DNA of 64,000 nt from Heptranchias perlo (GCF_035084215.1 NC_090330.1:23064001-23128000); one strand, 5' to 3'; numbered from the stretch's first letter, positions 11,716 to 25,000 are shown. Notes: generated from the sequence alone by a model not told the origin. A program made the numbers and translations.

Positions 11716-13299
11716 TTACAAATTTTGGGTTTGGTATTGATACCTTCTTGGGTTCAGTGGCATCAATCACTCCCACAAGTGGAACCCATGTCCCTTACAT
11801 TCCAAAGTTGACTCACACTGCCCAATATCTACTTATATAATAGTGTAAGCAAGGGGATGAAACAATGTATTCCGCCTTAGCATACGAACTGAATACCATA
11901 AACTGATCTGTCCTCACGTGTGCTGTCTTTCAATAGGCAGAAATGTTGAACACTGATAAATTGAGGTTGATGACTAACCAAAAAGCTGGTTTATTTTGCA
12001 GAATACACATGGCTGAACAAACATAGCAATGCAAGACTTTCTTAAGCATCTCCTATTCTTCATGTAACAACAAAAACAGGCCACACTATTCTACATAACG
12101 GGCAGACTATTGTCTTTTTCTTGTATTTCCTTTCAAGTCAGTTTCAAGCTGGGAAAATTGATTTGCTATACATAGCGTTTTTGAGTGTTAATCAGTAAAC
12201 AAAGGCAGGGTTGTTGTGTACCATCTCAAGTATTTCCCACCATTGTGATAAAAGATTGCCTTGCAATATCTAAAAGACAAAGCCACAGGCTTTGTTGCAG
12301 CAAACATTTGGAAGCAATGTGCTCCGGCATTAAAGGGGAGGCGTCTCAATCAGGATGCTGACTTTCAATGACAGCTTAGTGGGCCAACTTCCCTTCTCAT
12401 TGACTTATGGGGTGCTCTCTCGCAGACTAAATGGATGAGCAGTGCTCTAGCATAGAATAACAGAAAGTCCAGACCAGTTAGCTTTGAAATAGCTTAGCTA
12501 AAATGAAAAAGGTCCACACCAAGAGAGATAGTAAGGTGGCATCTTTATTATTTTTCCATAACTGAGCTTTATTGGAAATTGACTGTTCACAATGTAAAAT
12601 CTGTATACAGATCATTCAAATATTTTATATAAAAATAAACCAGTTCATTGGTTTGCAGTCATGCCACTTCTGAATAGAATGGTTTTCACTCAATAAAGAG
12701 AGAAGAACACATGCCGTGGCATGTGCAACATTTCAATGCTGATATGTGGAGCTAAGATTCTTTGTTATGATCCCAGATCATGCCTCATTTGATTTAATCA
12801 TAGTATCATAGAAGGTACAGGATAGGAGGGGGCCATTCGGCCCATCGTGCCTGTGCCGGCTCTTTGAAAGAGCTATCCAATTAGTCCCATTCCCCTGCTC
12901 TTTCCCCCTAGCCCTGTAATGTTGTTCCCTTCAAGTATTTATCCAATTCCCTTTTCAAAGTTACTATTGAATCTGCCTCCACCACCCTTTCAGGTAGTGA
13001 ATTCCAGATTATTACAACTCACTGTGTAAAAAAATGTTTCCTCATGTCACCTCTGGCTCTTTTGCTGATCACCTTTAATCTGTGTTCTCTGGTTACCGAC
13101 CCTTCTGCCACTGGAAACAGTTTCTCCTTATTTACTCTATCAAAACCGTTCATGATTTTAAACACCGCTATCAAATCTCCCTTTAAGCTTTTTGTTCTAA
13201 GGAGAACAACCCCAGCTTCTCCACATAACTGAAGTCCCTCATCTCTGGTACCATTCTAGTAAATCTCTCCTGCACCCTCTCTAAGGCCTTGACATCCTT

Positions 13300-14690
13300 A
13301 GAATAAAAGAATCATAGAAAATTTATGGCACAGAAGAAGACCATTCAGCCCATCGTGTCCGAGCCAGTTGAAAATGAGCCACCCAGCCTAATCCCACTTT
13401 CCAGCACTTGGTCCGTAGCCATGTAGGTTACTGCACTTCAGGTGTGCATCCAGGTACTTTTTAAATGAGTTGAGGGTTTCTGCCTCTCCCACCCTTTCAG
13501 GCAGTGAGTTCCCAGAACCCTACCACCCTCTGGGTGAAAAACTTTTTCCTCAGTTCCCCTCTAATCCTTCTACGAATCACTTTAAATCTATGCCCCCTGG
13601 TTATTGACCTCTCTGCTAAGGGAAATAGGTCCTTCCTATCCACTGTATCTAGGCCCCTCATAATTTTGTACACCTCAATTAAATCACCCCTCAACCTCTT
13701 CATTTCCAAGGAAAACAACCCCAGCCTATCCAATCTTTCCTTGTAATTAAAATTCTCCAGTCCTGGCAACATCCTCATAAATCTCCTGTGTATCCTCTCT
13801 AGTGCAAACACATCTTTCCTGTAATATGATGACCGGAGCTATACGCAGTACTCAAACTGTGGCCTAACTAATGTTATATACAGTTCCGACATAACCTCCC
13901 TGCTCTTATATTCTATGCCTCGGCTAATAAAGGAAAGTATTCCATTTGCCTTCTTAACCACCTTATCGACCAGTCCTGCTACTTTCAGGGATCTGTGGAC
14001 ATGCACTCCAAGTTCCCTCACTTCCTCTACGCCTCTCAGAATCCCCCCAGTCACACACCATCCCGACTTGGAAATATATCGCCGTTCCTTCATCGTCACT
14101 GGGTCAAAATCATGGAACTCCCTACCTAATAGCACTGTGGGAGAACCTTCACCACACGCACTGCAGCGGTTGAAGTAAATGGCTCACCACCACCTTCTCA
14201 AGGGCAATTAGGGATGGGTAATAAATGCTGGCCTTGCCAGCAACCCCCACATCCTATGAACAAATAATAAAAAAAATTATTGTGTATTCCCTTGCCTTAT
14301 TTGCCCTCCCCAAATGTATTACCTCACATTTCTATGGATTGAATTCCATTTACCACTTTTCTGCCCACCGGACCAGTCCATTGATATCTTATGACAGTCT
14401 ACAGCTTTCCTCCTCACTACCAACCACACGGCCAATTTTTGTATCATCTGCAAACTTTTCAATCATGCCCCCTACATTTAAATCCAAATCATTAATATAT
14501 ACCACAAAAAGCAAGGGACCCAGTACTGAGCCCTGCGGAACCCCACTGGAAACATCCTTCCAGTCACAAAAGCACCCATCGACCATTACCCTTTGCTTCC
14601 TGCCACTAAGGCAATTTTGGATCCAACTTGCCACTTTCCCTTGGATCCCATGGGCTTGTATTTTTTTGACCAGTCTGCCATGTGGGACCT
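13300..14690 (-). mobile_element. Second CR1 nested in the first, itself interrupted by a LINE-B 3' fragment
   Basis: Own 3' tail at about 13300-13320; ORFs 13497-13811, 13839-14135 and part of 14389-14844. Confidence 0.85.
14044..14276 (+). mobile_element. LINE-B 3' fragment with A-tail
   Basis: Matches about 18965-19192 (RRSFIV.GSKSWNSLP; AAGGGCAATTAGGGATGGG...A-tail). Confidence 0.88.
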
Positions 14691-15830
14691 TCTTGAAATG
14701 TGGTGCCCAGAATTGAACACAATACTCCAGCTGTGGCCTAACCAGTGTTTTATAAAGAATTAACATAACTTCCTTGCTTTTGTATTCTATGCCTCTATTA
14801 ATAAAGCCCAGGATCCCATATGCTTTTTTTAACAACCTTCTCAACTTGTCCTGCCATCTTCAAAGATTTGAGTATGTGCACCCCCAGGTCTCTCTGATCC
14901 TGCACCTCCTTTAAAATTGTACTATTTAGTTTACATCACCTCTCCTCCTTCTTCCTAGCAAAATGCATCACTACACACTTCTCTGCGTTAAATTTCATCT
15001 GCCATGTGACTGCCCATTTCACAACTCTGTCTATGTCCTCCTGAAGTCTGTTACTATCCTCCACATCGTTTGCTACATTTCCAAGTTTCATATAATCTGC
15101 AAACTTTGAAATTATACCCTCTATACCCAAAGTCCAGGTCAGTAATAGATATCAAAAAGAGCAGTGGTCCTAACACTGACCCCTAGGGAACACCACTGTA
15201 TACTTCCCTCCAGTCTGAAAAACAACCATTCATCACTAATCTCTGATTTCTGTCCCTTAGCCAATTTTGTATCCACGCTGCCATTGTTCCCTTAATCCCA
15301 CAGGCTTTAAATTTGCTAACAAATCTATTATGTGGTACTTTATCAAAAGCCTTTTGAAGGTCCATATACATAACATCAACCGCACTACCCTCATCAACCC
15401 ACTCCGTTACTTCATTAAAGAACTCAATCAGGTTAGACAAACACAATTTTCCTTTAACAAATCCGTGCTGACTTTCATTTATTAGCCCATACTTTTCCAA
15501 GTGCCAATTAATTTTGTCCCAGATTATTGTCTCTAAAAGTTTCCCCACCACCGACGACTGGCCTGTAATTGTCGGGTTTATCCCTCTTCCCTTTTTTGAA
15601 GAGGTGTAACATTTGCAATCGTCCAGTCCTCCAGCAATGTCCCCATATCTAAGGAGGATTGGAAGAATGTGGCCAGAGCCTCTGCAATTTCCCTCCGTAA
15701 CCTAGGATGCATCCCATCTGGATTGGGTGACCTTTCTACTTTGAGTACTGCCAATCTTTTAAGTACCTCTTCTTTATCTATTTTGATCGATCCAATATCG
15801 CCACTACATCCTCCTTTACTGCTACAATGA

Positions 15831-16012
15831 CTGTCCACAAAAAGCAGGACAAATCCAATCCGGCCAATTACCGCCCCATCAGTCTACTCTCAATCATCAG
15901 CAAAGTGATGGAAGGTGTCGTCGACAGTGCTATCAAGCGGCACTTACTCACCAATAACCTTCTCACCGATGCTCAGTTTGGGTTCCGCCAGGACCACTCG
16001 GCTCCAGACCTC
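15831..16012 (+). mobile_element. 182-bp LINE-B internal fragment, direct repeat of 17777-17958
   Basis: Manual alignment gives 6 substitutions in 182 bp; encodes VHKKQDKSNPANYRPISLL. Confidence 0.9.
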
Positions 16013-16234
16013 GAGGGGCTAAATGGCCTACTCCTGTTCTAATGTTCCTAGGGAAGGAAGATCACCTTTCCCCTTGAGGTATGATTTTCTTAAATGAGCA
16101 TTGCAGTAGAAATTCCACTCCTCAAACCTCTACGTGGAGCTTTAATGTCTTTCAGTGAGGAAGACTATACTTGCATTTAACATTCATCTTGAACATCCCC
16201 AGTTTGTGGGGATAATGAAAGCTCGCTTTTATGA

Positions 16235-16950
16235 ACCAAAAAAGTTTACAGTACAGAAGGAGGCCATTAGGCCCATCGTATTCACGCTGAACCCTTTGTT
16301 ACACCAATCCAAAACCAGTCCCAGTTCCTTGCTGTCTACTGACAGCCCAATATCTTCCTCGGCTTCAAATATTTATCTAATTTTTCCTAAAGAGACAATG
16401 GTCTGAGCCTCGGCCACTTCCTGTGGCAAAGCATTACATGCTTCAACAACACTCTGCATAAAGAAATTTATCCTAACCTCACTCTTGGTGTCTATTTAAA
16501 TTGATGACCTGTCATCACTTATGCCCCAACCAGAGGAAATAGTCTTTCCCAATTCACTCTTTCAAAATCCTTCATAATTTTCAAAACCTCTAGTAAATCT
16601 CTTCTTGCCCATCTCTGCTTCATTGGAAATGTTCCCAGTATAGTTTTCCATCCCTGGTATTCTGGTGAATATATGCTATATACATTCTATGGCTTTAATA
16701 GCCTTTCTATAGTGGGGCACCGAGAACTGCACAGTGTTACTAACTGTGGCCTGACCAATATTTTATACAAATTTATCGTTTATTTACTCTTGTTCATACT
16801 TATCCACATTAAATTGCATCTGCCATCTATCTACCATTCCGCTAACCTGTCAGTACCCTCCTGAAGTCTTTCACAGACCTCTCGCTGTTTGCCAAACCTC
16901 CTTTGTTACCAGCAAATTTTGAGAATATGCTCCTATGCCCAAATTCAAAT
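16235..16950 (-). mobile_element. Old decayed CR1 3' region
   Basis: Similarity to CR1 3' ends elsewhere (GGAGGCCATT.GGCCCATC; CCAGAGGAAATAGT). Confidence 0.65.
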
Positions 16951-17191
16951 CTTGTATCGTTTATTTATATGTTAATAGTGCAGCGAACGGCTTTGCTTTG
17001 TGTACATTATTTTCCCCTATTTCGGAAGGAACAAAACGATCTGTATATAATATATTAAAAAATCTTGCATACAGCAGCACTTCCTGTAAGCATCACAATT
17101 ACTTCTGTTACATGTTAGCGTATTCTCTGACTCAGTCATGAGCAATGCCATGGGAAATCTAGTTGTTTATAAAACTATTAAAATTTTTCAG

Positions 17192-17386
17192 GGGCCTCTT
17201 GGCTGAGCTGGGGTTTGGCTAAAGGAGCTGAATTCACTGGTAAAGCAATCCAGAAGGGAGCCTCTAAGCTAAGAGAGCATATTCAGCCTGAAGATAAGCC
17301 TGCAACAGTCAGTCCAACAGTGGAAAAGGGACTCAGTGTTGCAAGACAAGCAACGGGAGGTGCTGTAAAAGTCAGCCAGTTCTTGG
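17192..17386 (+). pseudogene. SPART: Isolated spartin exon (start of senescence domain), open frame and intact splice sites; probably a duplicated orphan fragment
   Basis: ttttcAG|gg-GCC...: (G)ASWLSWGLAKGAEFTGKAIQKGASKLREHIQPEDKPATVSPTVEKGLSVARQATGGAVKVSQFL-g|GTAAG, 195 nt, phase 1-1. No other SPART exon was recognised in the window. Confidence 0.85.
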
Positions 17387-17707
17387 GTAAGCGAACAAAC
17401 TATATCCTTGAATACACTTATTTCTGGAAGGACGTTAAGAAACTGAAAACCTGTTGCACGGTAGATGTTTCACTTGGAAGTTTTTTGATCACGTTAAAGG
17501 ATTCCTCCTCTTTGTACATGCTCTTTGTTGACTTGCATTGCCAGTTGCTAAGGTTTTACATCCTAGTAATTTTACTGAAATTAAGCAAATAATAAAAGGT
17601 GAACATCAAAAATTACACTTGCCTGTTTACAGAGTATACATACACTTTTTTCAAGACAGCAACTGTCTTGCTCATGTAACTTAAGTTTAGTTTTCTTGGT
17701 ACATTAC

Positions 17708-19192
17708 CCAAGCTGTTCCAGTACAGCTACAACACTGGCATCTACCCGACAATGTGGAAAATTGCCCAGGTATGTCCTGTCCACAAAAAGCAGGACAAAT
17801 CCAATCCGGCCAATTACCGCCCCATCAGTCTACTTTCAATCATCAGCAAAGTGATGGAAGGTGTCGTCGACAGTGCTATCAAGCGGCACTTACTCATCAA
17901 TAGCCTGCTCACCGATGCTCAGTTTGGGTTCTGCCAGGACCACTCAGCTCCAGACCTCATTACAGCCTTGGTCCAAACATGGACAAAAGAGCTGAATTCC
18001 AGAGGTGAGGGGAGAGTGACTGCCCTTAACATCAAGGCAGCATTTGACCGAGTGTGACACCAAGGAGCTCTAGTAAAATTGAAGTCAGTGGGAATCAGGG
18101 GGTATACTCTGCAGTGGCTGGAGTCATAACTAGCACAAAGGAAGATGGTAGTGGTTGTTGGAGGCCAATCATCTCAGCCCCAGGACATTGCTGCAGGAGT
18201 TCCTCAGGGCAGTGTCCTAGGCCCAACCATCTTCAGCTGCTTCATCAATAACCTTCCCTCCATCATAAGGTCAGAAATGGAGATGTTTGCTGATGATTGC
18301 ACAGTGTTCAGTTCCATTCGCAACCCCTCAAATAATTAAGCAGTCCGAGCCCGCATGCAGCAAGACCTGGACAACATCCAGGCTTAAGCTGATAAGTGGC
18401 AAGTAACATTCGCGCCAGATAAGTGCCAGGCAATGACCATCTCCAACAAGAGAGAGTCTAACCACCTCCCCTTGACATTCAACGGCATTACCATCGCCGA
18501 ATCCCCCACCATCAACATCCTGGGGGTCACCATTGACCAGAAACTTAACTGGACCAGCCATATAAATACTGTGGCTACGAGAGCAGGTCAGAGGCTGGGT
18601 ATTCTGCGGCGAGTGACTCACCTCCTGACTCCCCAAAGCCTTTCCACCATCTACAAGGCACAAGTCAGGAGTGTGATGGAATACTCTCCACTTGCCTGGA
18701 TGAGTGCAGCTCCAACAACACTCAAGAAGCTCGACACCATCCAAGATAAAGCAGCCCGCTTGATTAGCACCCCATCCACCACCCTAAACATTCACTCCCT
18801 TCACCATCGGCGCACTGTGGCTGCAGTGTGCACCATCCACAGGATGCACTGCAGCAACTCGCCAAGGCTTCTTCGACAGCACCTCCCAAACCCGCGACCA
18901 CTACCACCTAGAAGGACAAGAGTGGCAGGCACATGGGAACAACACCACCTGCACGTTCCCCTCCAAGTCACACACCATCCTGACTTGGAAATATATCGCC
19001 GTTCCTTCATTGTCGCTGGGTCAAAATCCTGGAACTCCCTTCCTAACAGCACTGTGGGAGAACCGTCACCACACGGACTGCAGCGGTTCAAGAAGGCGGC
19101 TCACCACCACCTTCTCAAGGGCAATTAGGGATGGGCAATAAATGCTGGCCTCGCCAGCGACGCCCACATCCCGTGAACGAATAAAAAAAAAA
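17708..19192 (+). mobile_element. LINE-B 3' half (RT plus C-terminus, A-tail), with stops
   Basis: [48 protein letters not shown]; ends GAACGAATAAAAAAAAAA. Confidence 0.92.
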
Positions 19193-21924
19193 TCCTCTCC
19201 TCTATTGAAGATGGATGCGAAGTATTCATTTAGTACCTCAGCCATGCCCTCTGCCCCAACAAGAGGATTTATTTTTTTGTCCCTAATCAGTTCCACCCTT
19301 CCTTTGACTACCCTTTTACTATTTATATGCTTATAAGAGACTTTTGGGTTCCCTTTCATGTTAGCCGCTAATCGATTCTTGTACTCTATCTTTGCCCCTC
19401 TCATTCCCTTTTTTAGATCTCCTCTGTACTTTCTGTATTCAGCCTGGTTCTCTAATGTATTATGAACCTTACGTTTGTTATAAGCCTCCTTTTTCTGTTT
19501 CATTTTAATCTCTATTTGTTTAGTCATACAGAGAGCTCCAGCTTTGGATGTCCTTCCTTTCCTCCTCGTAGGGATGTGGCTATTCTTTACCTGAACCAAC
19601 TCCTCCTTGAAGGCCTCCCATTGTTCAATTACTGTTTTGCCTGTTTTACCAACTTTTGATTCCAATCCACCTGGGCAAGATTCCTTTTTAATTCACTGAA
19701 ATTAACCCTCCTCCAGTTAAACATTTTCACATTTGATTGTTCCTTGTCCTTTACCATAACTATTCTAAACCTAATGATAATATGATCACTGTTCCCCACA
19801 TGCTCTACCTGCCCCACTGCATTCCTCAGAAATAGATCCAGCACTATTTCCTTCCTGGTAGGGCTGGAAACACACTGTTCCAGAAAGTTCTTCTGAACAT
19901 ATTTCAGGAATTCCTCCCCCTCTTTGCCCTTTGCACTGTTACTATCCCAGTCTATTGGGATTATCACAACTCTATAGTTCTTGCATCTTTCTGTAATTTG
20001 CCTGCAAATGTTCTCCTCTTTCTCCTTTCCATTTTTTGGTGGCCTATAGTATACACCCAGTAGTATAATAGCTCCTCTAGTTTTCCTTAATTCTAACCAA
20101 ATAGATTCTGTCTTTGACCCCTCAACCACATCATCCCTTTCCAGTGCTATAATAGTTTCTTTGATCAATGCTGTCCCCCCCCCCGCCCTTTCTTTCTTTC
20201 CCCATCTTTCGTGAATATCTTGTAGCCAGGAATATTAAGTACCCAATCTTCCCCTTCTTTGAGCCAGGTCTCTTATTGCCACTATATCATAGTTCCTTGT
20301 GGCAACTTGAGCCTGCAACTCACCAACCTTATTTACCACGCTATATGCATTTACGCACATGCACTCCAACCTCATCTTAGACTGTTACGTATTTGCCCCG
20401 TCTGATCCCTTTTATTTCTGAACTATTCTTTACTCTAGTGCTACTTGTCACTCCCAATCTTCTGTGCACCTTGTTTCTTCTCTCTAACGTTTCATCCTGG
20501 TGCCCACCCCCCTGCCAAATTAGTTTAAACCCTCCCCCACAGCACTAGGTAACCTCCCCGCGAGGACATTAGTCCCAGCTCTGTTGAAGTGCAACCCGCC
20601 CATCTTGAACAGATCCCTCCTGCCCCAGAACTGATCCTAATGCCCAAGGAATCTGAAGCCCTCCTTCCTGCACCATTTCTCCAGCCACGCATTAAACTGC
20701 CTTATCCTACTATTCCTATACTCGCTAGTAGGTGGCACTGGGAGTAAACCAGTAATTACTACCTTTGAGATCCTGCTTTGTAAACTTCCTCTCTAGCTCC
20801 TGAAACACTGATGGCAGGACCTCGACCCTTTTCCTTTCTATGTCATTGGTTCCCACATGGACCACGACTTCTGGCTGTTCCCCTACCCCCCTCAAAACGT
20901 TCTGCACCCTCTCAGTGATGTCCTTTACCCTGCCACTGGGGAGACAACACAACATGTGGGACTCATGTTGGCAGTTGCAGAAATACCTGTCTGTCCCCCT
21001 GACTATTGAATCCCCTATAACAACTGCATTTCTTTTTCCACCCTGTGCAGCCGGGTCGCCCACAGTGCTGTGGATTTGCTCCTGGCTGCACTCTCCCGAG
21101 GTGTCAACACTGAATACCAGTTTGTGAGTGCCACACTCCTAGGGGACTTCTGCACTGCCTGCCTGTTCCTCCTACTCTGTCTGGTGGTCACCCACTCCCT
21201 CTCTGCTTGAACTCTCAGTTGCTGCGGGGTGATCACCTCCTGAAACATGCTAGCCACAAAACTCTCAGCTTCCTGTATGCACTGTAGTGACGCCAGCCGC
21301 CCCTCAAGCTCAGAAACTCTGAGCTTGAATTCAAGCAGTTGGCAGCACTTCCTGCACATGTGGTTTTCCAAGACACACAAAGTGTTCTGAAGTTCCCACA
21401 TGGCACAGGATGTGCATGCAACGGGCCCCACCTGTTCTGCCATGTTAGCTAACAATTATTTAAACTGTTTGTTTAGCTTTAAGGCACTTTACTATTTATC
21501 TGACACTAAAGCACTAACCCAATAAAAAACACTAACCAATGAACTAAATACTTACTGATTTACCCTCGGCGCTCCTCCTTATCTTGTTTTGATTGCTCGT
21601 GCGGCCCCTGTTTTGCTCTGCTGAGTCTTAGTCTATAGGTCTTTGGTTTAAATCACTTAGCACCTCCTTCCCCCTCTGCACCTATTTTCCACACTCACCA
21701 AATTCCCAGTTGAATGTCCTCATTTGTTTAGCACTTCACTCCGTTAGAGGTTCACTCTCTGTCTTTCCCAACCTCTGTGCTCAAGCACAAGCAAATATTG
21801 GCCAATACAAGGATTTTAGGGAACATGAGATCCACTTATGGCAATAATTGGTAATATTGAATCTGAAAAACTATCTAGCACAAAGCCTCAAAAATCTTTA
21901 CAACAGTGTAGACAGGCTTTTTGA

Positions 21925-22350
21925 CCGTGGAGGGATCACGCTGGGCCCTCATCCTGTTTTTACCTAACATCCACAAATGTTTCCTTTCTAGAAGGGGCCA
22001 CTGGCAGTTATCAGGAGCAATCTTCAACTTCTTCCAGTTCTGACAAAGGGCCATCGACCTGAAACGTTAACTCTGTTTCACATTCCACAGATGCTGCCTG
22101 ACTTGCTGAGTATTTCCAGCATTTTCTGTTTTTATTTCAGATTTCCAACATCCGCAGTATATTGCTTTTGATCAGGAGCAGAACATTGGCTAATTTTAAA
22201 TCTCCCTAGCCCATGGATGCTTTGGCAAGTTGCAGTAACCCTACAGTTTCCTTGCTGAGATCAGCTAACTCTACACACACCAGAGCTTGAACCTGGTACC
22301 TTTCTGTTCTGTAGGGGTTAGTTCCACACCGAACAATGCATTTACATCAG
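21925..22350 (-). mobile_element. tRNA-derived SINE (related copies at about 43740-43900 and 44650-44830), interrupted by a Penelope pLTR
   Basis: Shared GCTGAGATCAG.TAACTC...GAACCTGG.ACCTT block; GGTTCAAG B-box-like on the minus strand. Confidence 0.6.
22020..22170 (+). mobile_element. Solo Penelope pLTR of a second family with a decayed hammerhead (22036-22072) and 10-bp TSD
   Basis: TSD ATCAGGAGCA at 22010-22019 and 22171-22180; AGUU-CUGACAA-AGGGC..GACCU-GAAACGUU-AACU. Confidence 0.75.
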
Positions 22351-22788
22351 ACCATTGAGGTCAGCATTGTGGTCAGCAAAGGTGGATCCAGCAGTACAGT
22401 CCCTGTAAACATTGCAAACCAGGTAGTTGAAGTTATTTGAAATGCTCACTATATAATACAAGGAGTTGTTACACTGATCTATCATTGAATACCTGGAGCA
22501 TTTTCTAACATGATCGTTTCCCCTTAAGATGAAATCATAGACCATATCTGCTTCCTTTGATATCCACTACAATAGAACAAAATTAGGACATAATTTCTGG
22601 CATGTAATAAAACACTGATAGGTTAGAAACTGTTTGGTTAATGCATATTTGTTCAAATTTCCTGGCAATGCATTGTAAAAAAAAAAGTTGTTTTTTATTA
22701 GCACTGATGAGTTGAGTTGATCCATTTGACATTGTAATTTCTCCAAATTACAGTATTAAAACAAAAAAAGACATCTGATCAGGCTATT

Positions 22789-22865
22789 CTCAAGGGCAAT
22801 TAGGGATGGGCAATAATTGCTGGCCTTGCCAGTAACGCCCACATCCCATGAATGAATAAAAAAAA
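22789..22865 (+). mobile_element. LINE-B 3' tail insertion with TSD
   Basis: CAAGGGCAATTAGGGATGGGCAATA...A-tail; AGGCTATT flanks both sides. Confidence 0.8.
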
Positions 22866-23632
22866 GGCTATTTTTAAAAAATATTAAAGTGACTGCACCA
22901 CATGCCTCCCAGCATACAATCTGGGTGATGGAGTGAATCTTTGTTAGGGCCCAAATAAGAAAGGAAGGAAGAGAAAAAAGAACTTGGATTTACATAGTGC
23001 TAATCTCTCAGAAATGTCCAAAAGCACTTGAAATACAATAAAGAACTTTGATGTGAAGTCACCAGCCATGTGTGAAAACTTGTTATTTATATCTCAGGGT
23101 TAGCATTCCATGCTGCTCTTAGAAAAATGCAAGAACTTTATTGATCTTTAAGCCAGAAGGTGGATTTTGCATTCCTTAAAGGAGAAACAGAAAAAATAGA
23201 TTTGTAGAAAAGGGAAATTAATTTACAGGTAGAATATTTCATTATACTAATTCTGTGCTGTATCTTACCTAAAGCAGGCATTTCATTTGTCTGAGTATTG
23301 GTATTGTGAGCCAGACTTCATGTAACATTGGTAACAACTGTTGGAACAGTGCAGCTGCATTGTTTATAATAGATGCTGCAAAAAGCTTTAATAATTTGAA
23401 GATAATCCATTTTGTCTTAATTGTGAAATTTGTGAAAAGGAATATCTACAGAAAGTCATATGCACAAAGATATATTTTAAAAGTGCTATATCTGTGCAAA
23501 AATATAACTTACATTTACAGCTATTCAAAGCTTGCAGTCAAATGTATATTTGTACTCTGAGATGAAACAATTATATTTTGTTTTGTGTAGTGAAACATTG
23601 TAAATTCCCTTTACAATGTTGCTAACAAACAA

Positions 23633-24822
23633 CGAACCGTTGCAGTCCTTGTGGTGAAGGTGCTCTCATGATGATAAAAGGAAATTCCAGGAAATTGATC
23701 TATTGATGATGAGGGATCTGTGATGTATGTCCAAGTTAGAATAGTTTGACTTCCCTTTCTTGGAGTGAAACTTGGAGTGATGATGTTTCTAAGACATTGT
23801 TGCTCGTCCTTCTCGTTGGTTGAGGTTACAGAGGAGGGAGATGCTATCAAGGTAGTCTTGGTGAGTTGCTGCAGTGCATCCAGTAGATTGATAATACTGC
23901 AGCTACAGTGTGTTGTTAATGGATCGGTTCATTATTGAGCCTAGTGACGGGGAGGCTAATCAAGTAAACTGCCATGTTCTGGATGGTGTCAAGTTTCCTG
24001 AGTGTTATTGCAACTGCAGTTGTCTGCAAGCAGTGAATATTCCACCACACTCTTGACTTGAGCCTTATAGATGGTGGATTGGATTTGAGAAGTCAGGAAT
24101 TAAACCATTTGTTGTAGAGTATCCAGCCTCTGCCATGTTCTTGTAATGGTTGGCCCAGTTCAGCTACTGGTCAGCGGTGACCCCCAAAATATTGATGGTG
24201 AGCAACTTGGCAATGGTGGTGCTGTTGAAAATCAGGGGGGGTTGGCTGGGTTTTCTCTTGCTTGATAGTCATTACATGGCACTTGTGTGGTGTGAATGTT
24301 ACCTGCCACTTGCTAGTCCAAACCTGAATGTCATCCAGGTGCTGCTGTAGACAGGCATGGGCTGCTTCATTATCAGGGAAGTTATGAATAGAGCTGAACA
24401 CTAGAATCATCAGCAAACAGCTCTACTCCTGACCTCATGATGAAGAAAAAGTTACTGATGAAGCAGCTGAAGATAGTTGGGCCAAGGACGCTTCTCTGAG
24501 GAACTCTTGCAATTATGTTCTGTGCTGCAATTACTAGCCTCCAACAAGCATGGCCATCTTCCTTTGCGTGAGATATTAATCCAGTCAATGGTAGGTTTTC
24601 CCTGTGACCCTCATCGACTTCAGTTTTGATAAGGCTCCTTAGTGCCATATCAGTTGATTGTTGCCTTGATGATGAGGGCAACTACACTCACCTCTCCTCT
24701 GGCATTGAACTCTTGTGTCCATATCTGGATCAAGGCTATGATGAGATCTGAAGCCAAGTGGCTCTGGCAGAACCTAAACTGAGTGTCAGTGAGCAGTTAT
24801 TGATGACAAGGAGTTGCTTGAT
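23633..24822 (-). mobile_element. Old LINE-B copy (RT region)
   Basis: VPQRSVLGPTIFSCFI..FADD and KWQVTFTPHKC in ORFs 24382-24681 and 24171-24416. Confidence 0.82.
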
Positions 24823-25000
24823 GGTATGGCCTAGGGAAACAAGGAAGAAATGGGGAAGAATTGTGTCTTCATCAAATTAACCATTCAGGGAACCTATTGG
24901 GTATTATCCAACTGCACTAATGGATGAAGCAAATCAACACATAGACTGTGCAACGGGGGACCTCTGCCTTTTAGTTCACTGTATAACTAGCGCATTTATG

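Larger units (their letters stand above)
12797..21780 (-). mobile_element. One near-full-length CR1 split into three pieces (12797-13299, 14691-15829, 19193-~21780) by nested insertions; ORF1 with Cys-rich/coiled-coil and SGNH-esterase regions, plus ORF2
   Basis: ORF1: CTSC..CRKC..LEFKLRVSELE (21015-21455) and VIGDSIVR..CCLP..VHVGTND (20725-21063). Endonuclease at 19629-20168. ORF2 reads on across both gaps (FASIFNRGED | IVAV..KIDKEEV; GACATCCTT | ..TGGTGCCCAG). Confidence 0.85.

Noticed and set aside
13044-15485. Many 60-160-aa plus-strand ORFs over CR1 copies (also elsewhere in the window)
   Set aside because: Antisense shadows of LINE ORF2.
17215-17592. 125-aa ORF as a standalone protein
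   Set aside because: Non-ATG start; SPART similarity stops at the GTAAG donor (17387) and the rest is intron read-through.
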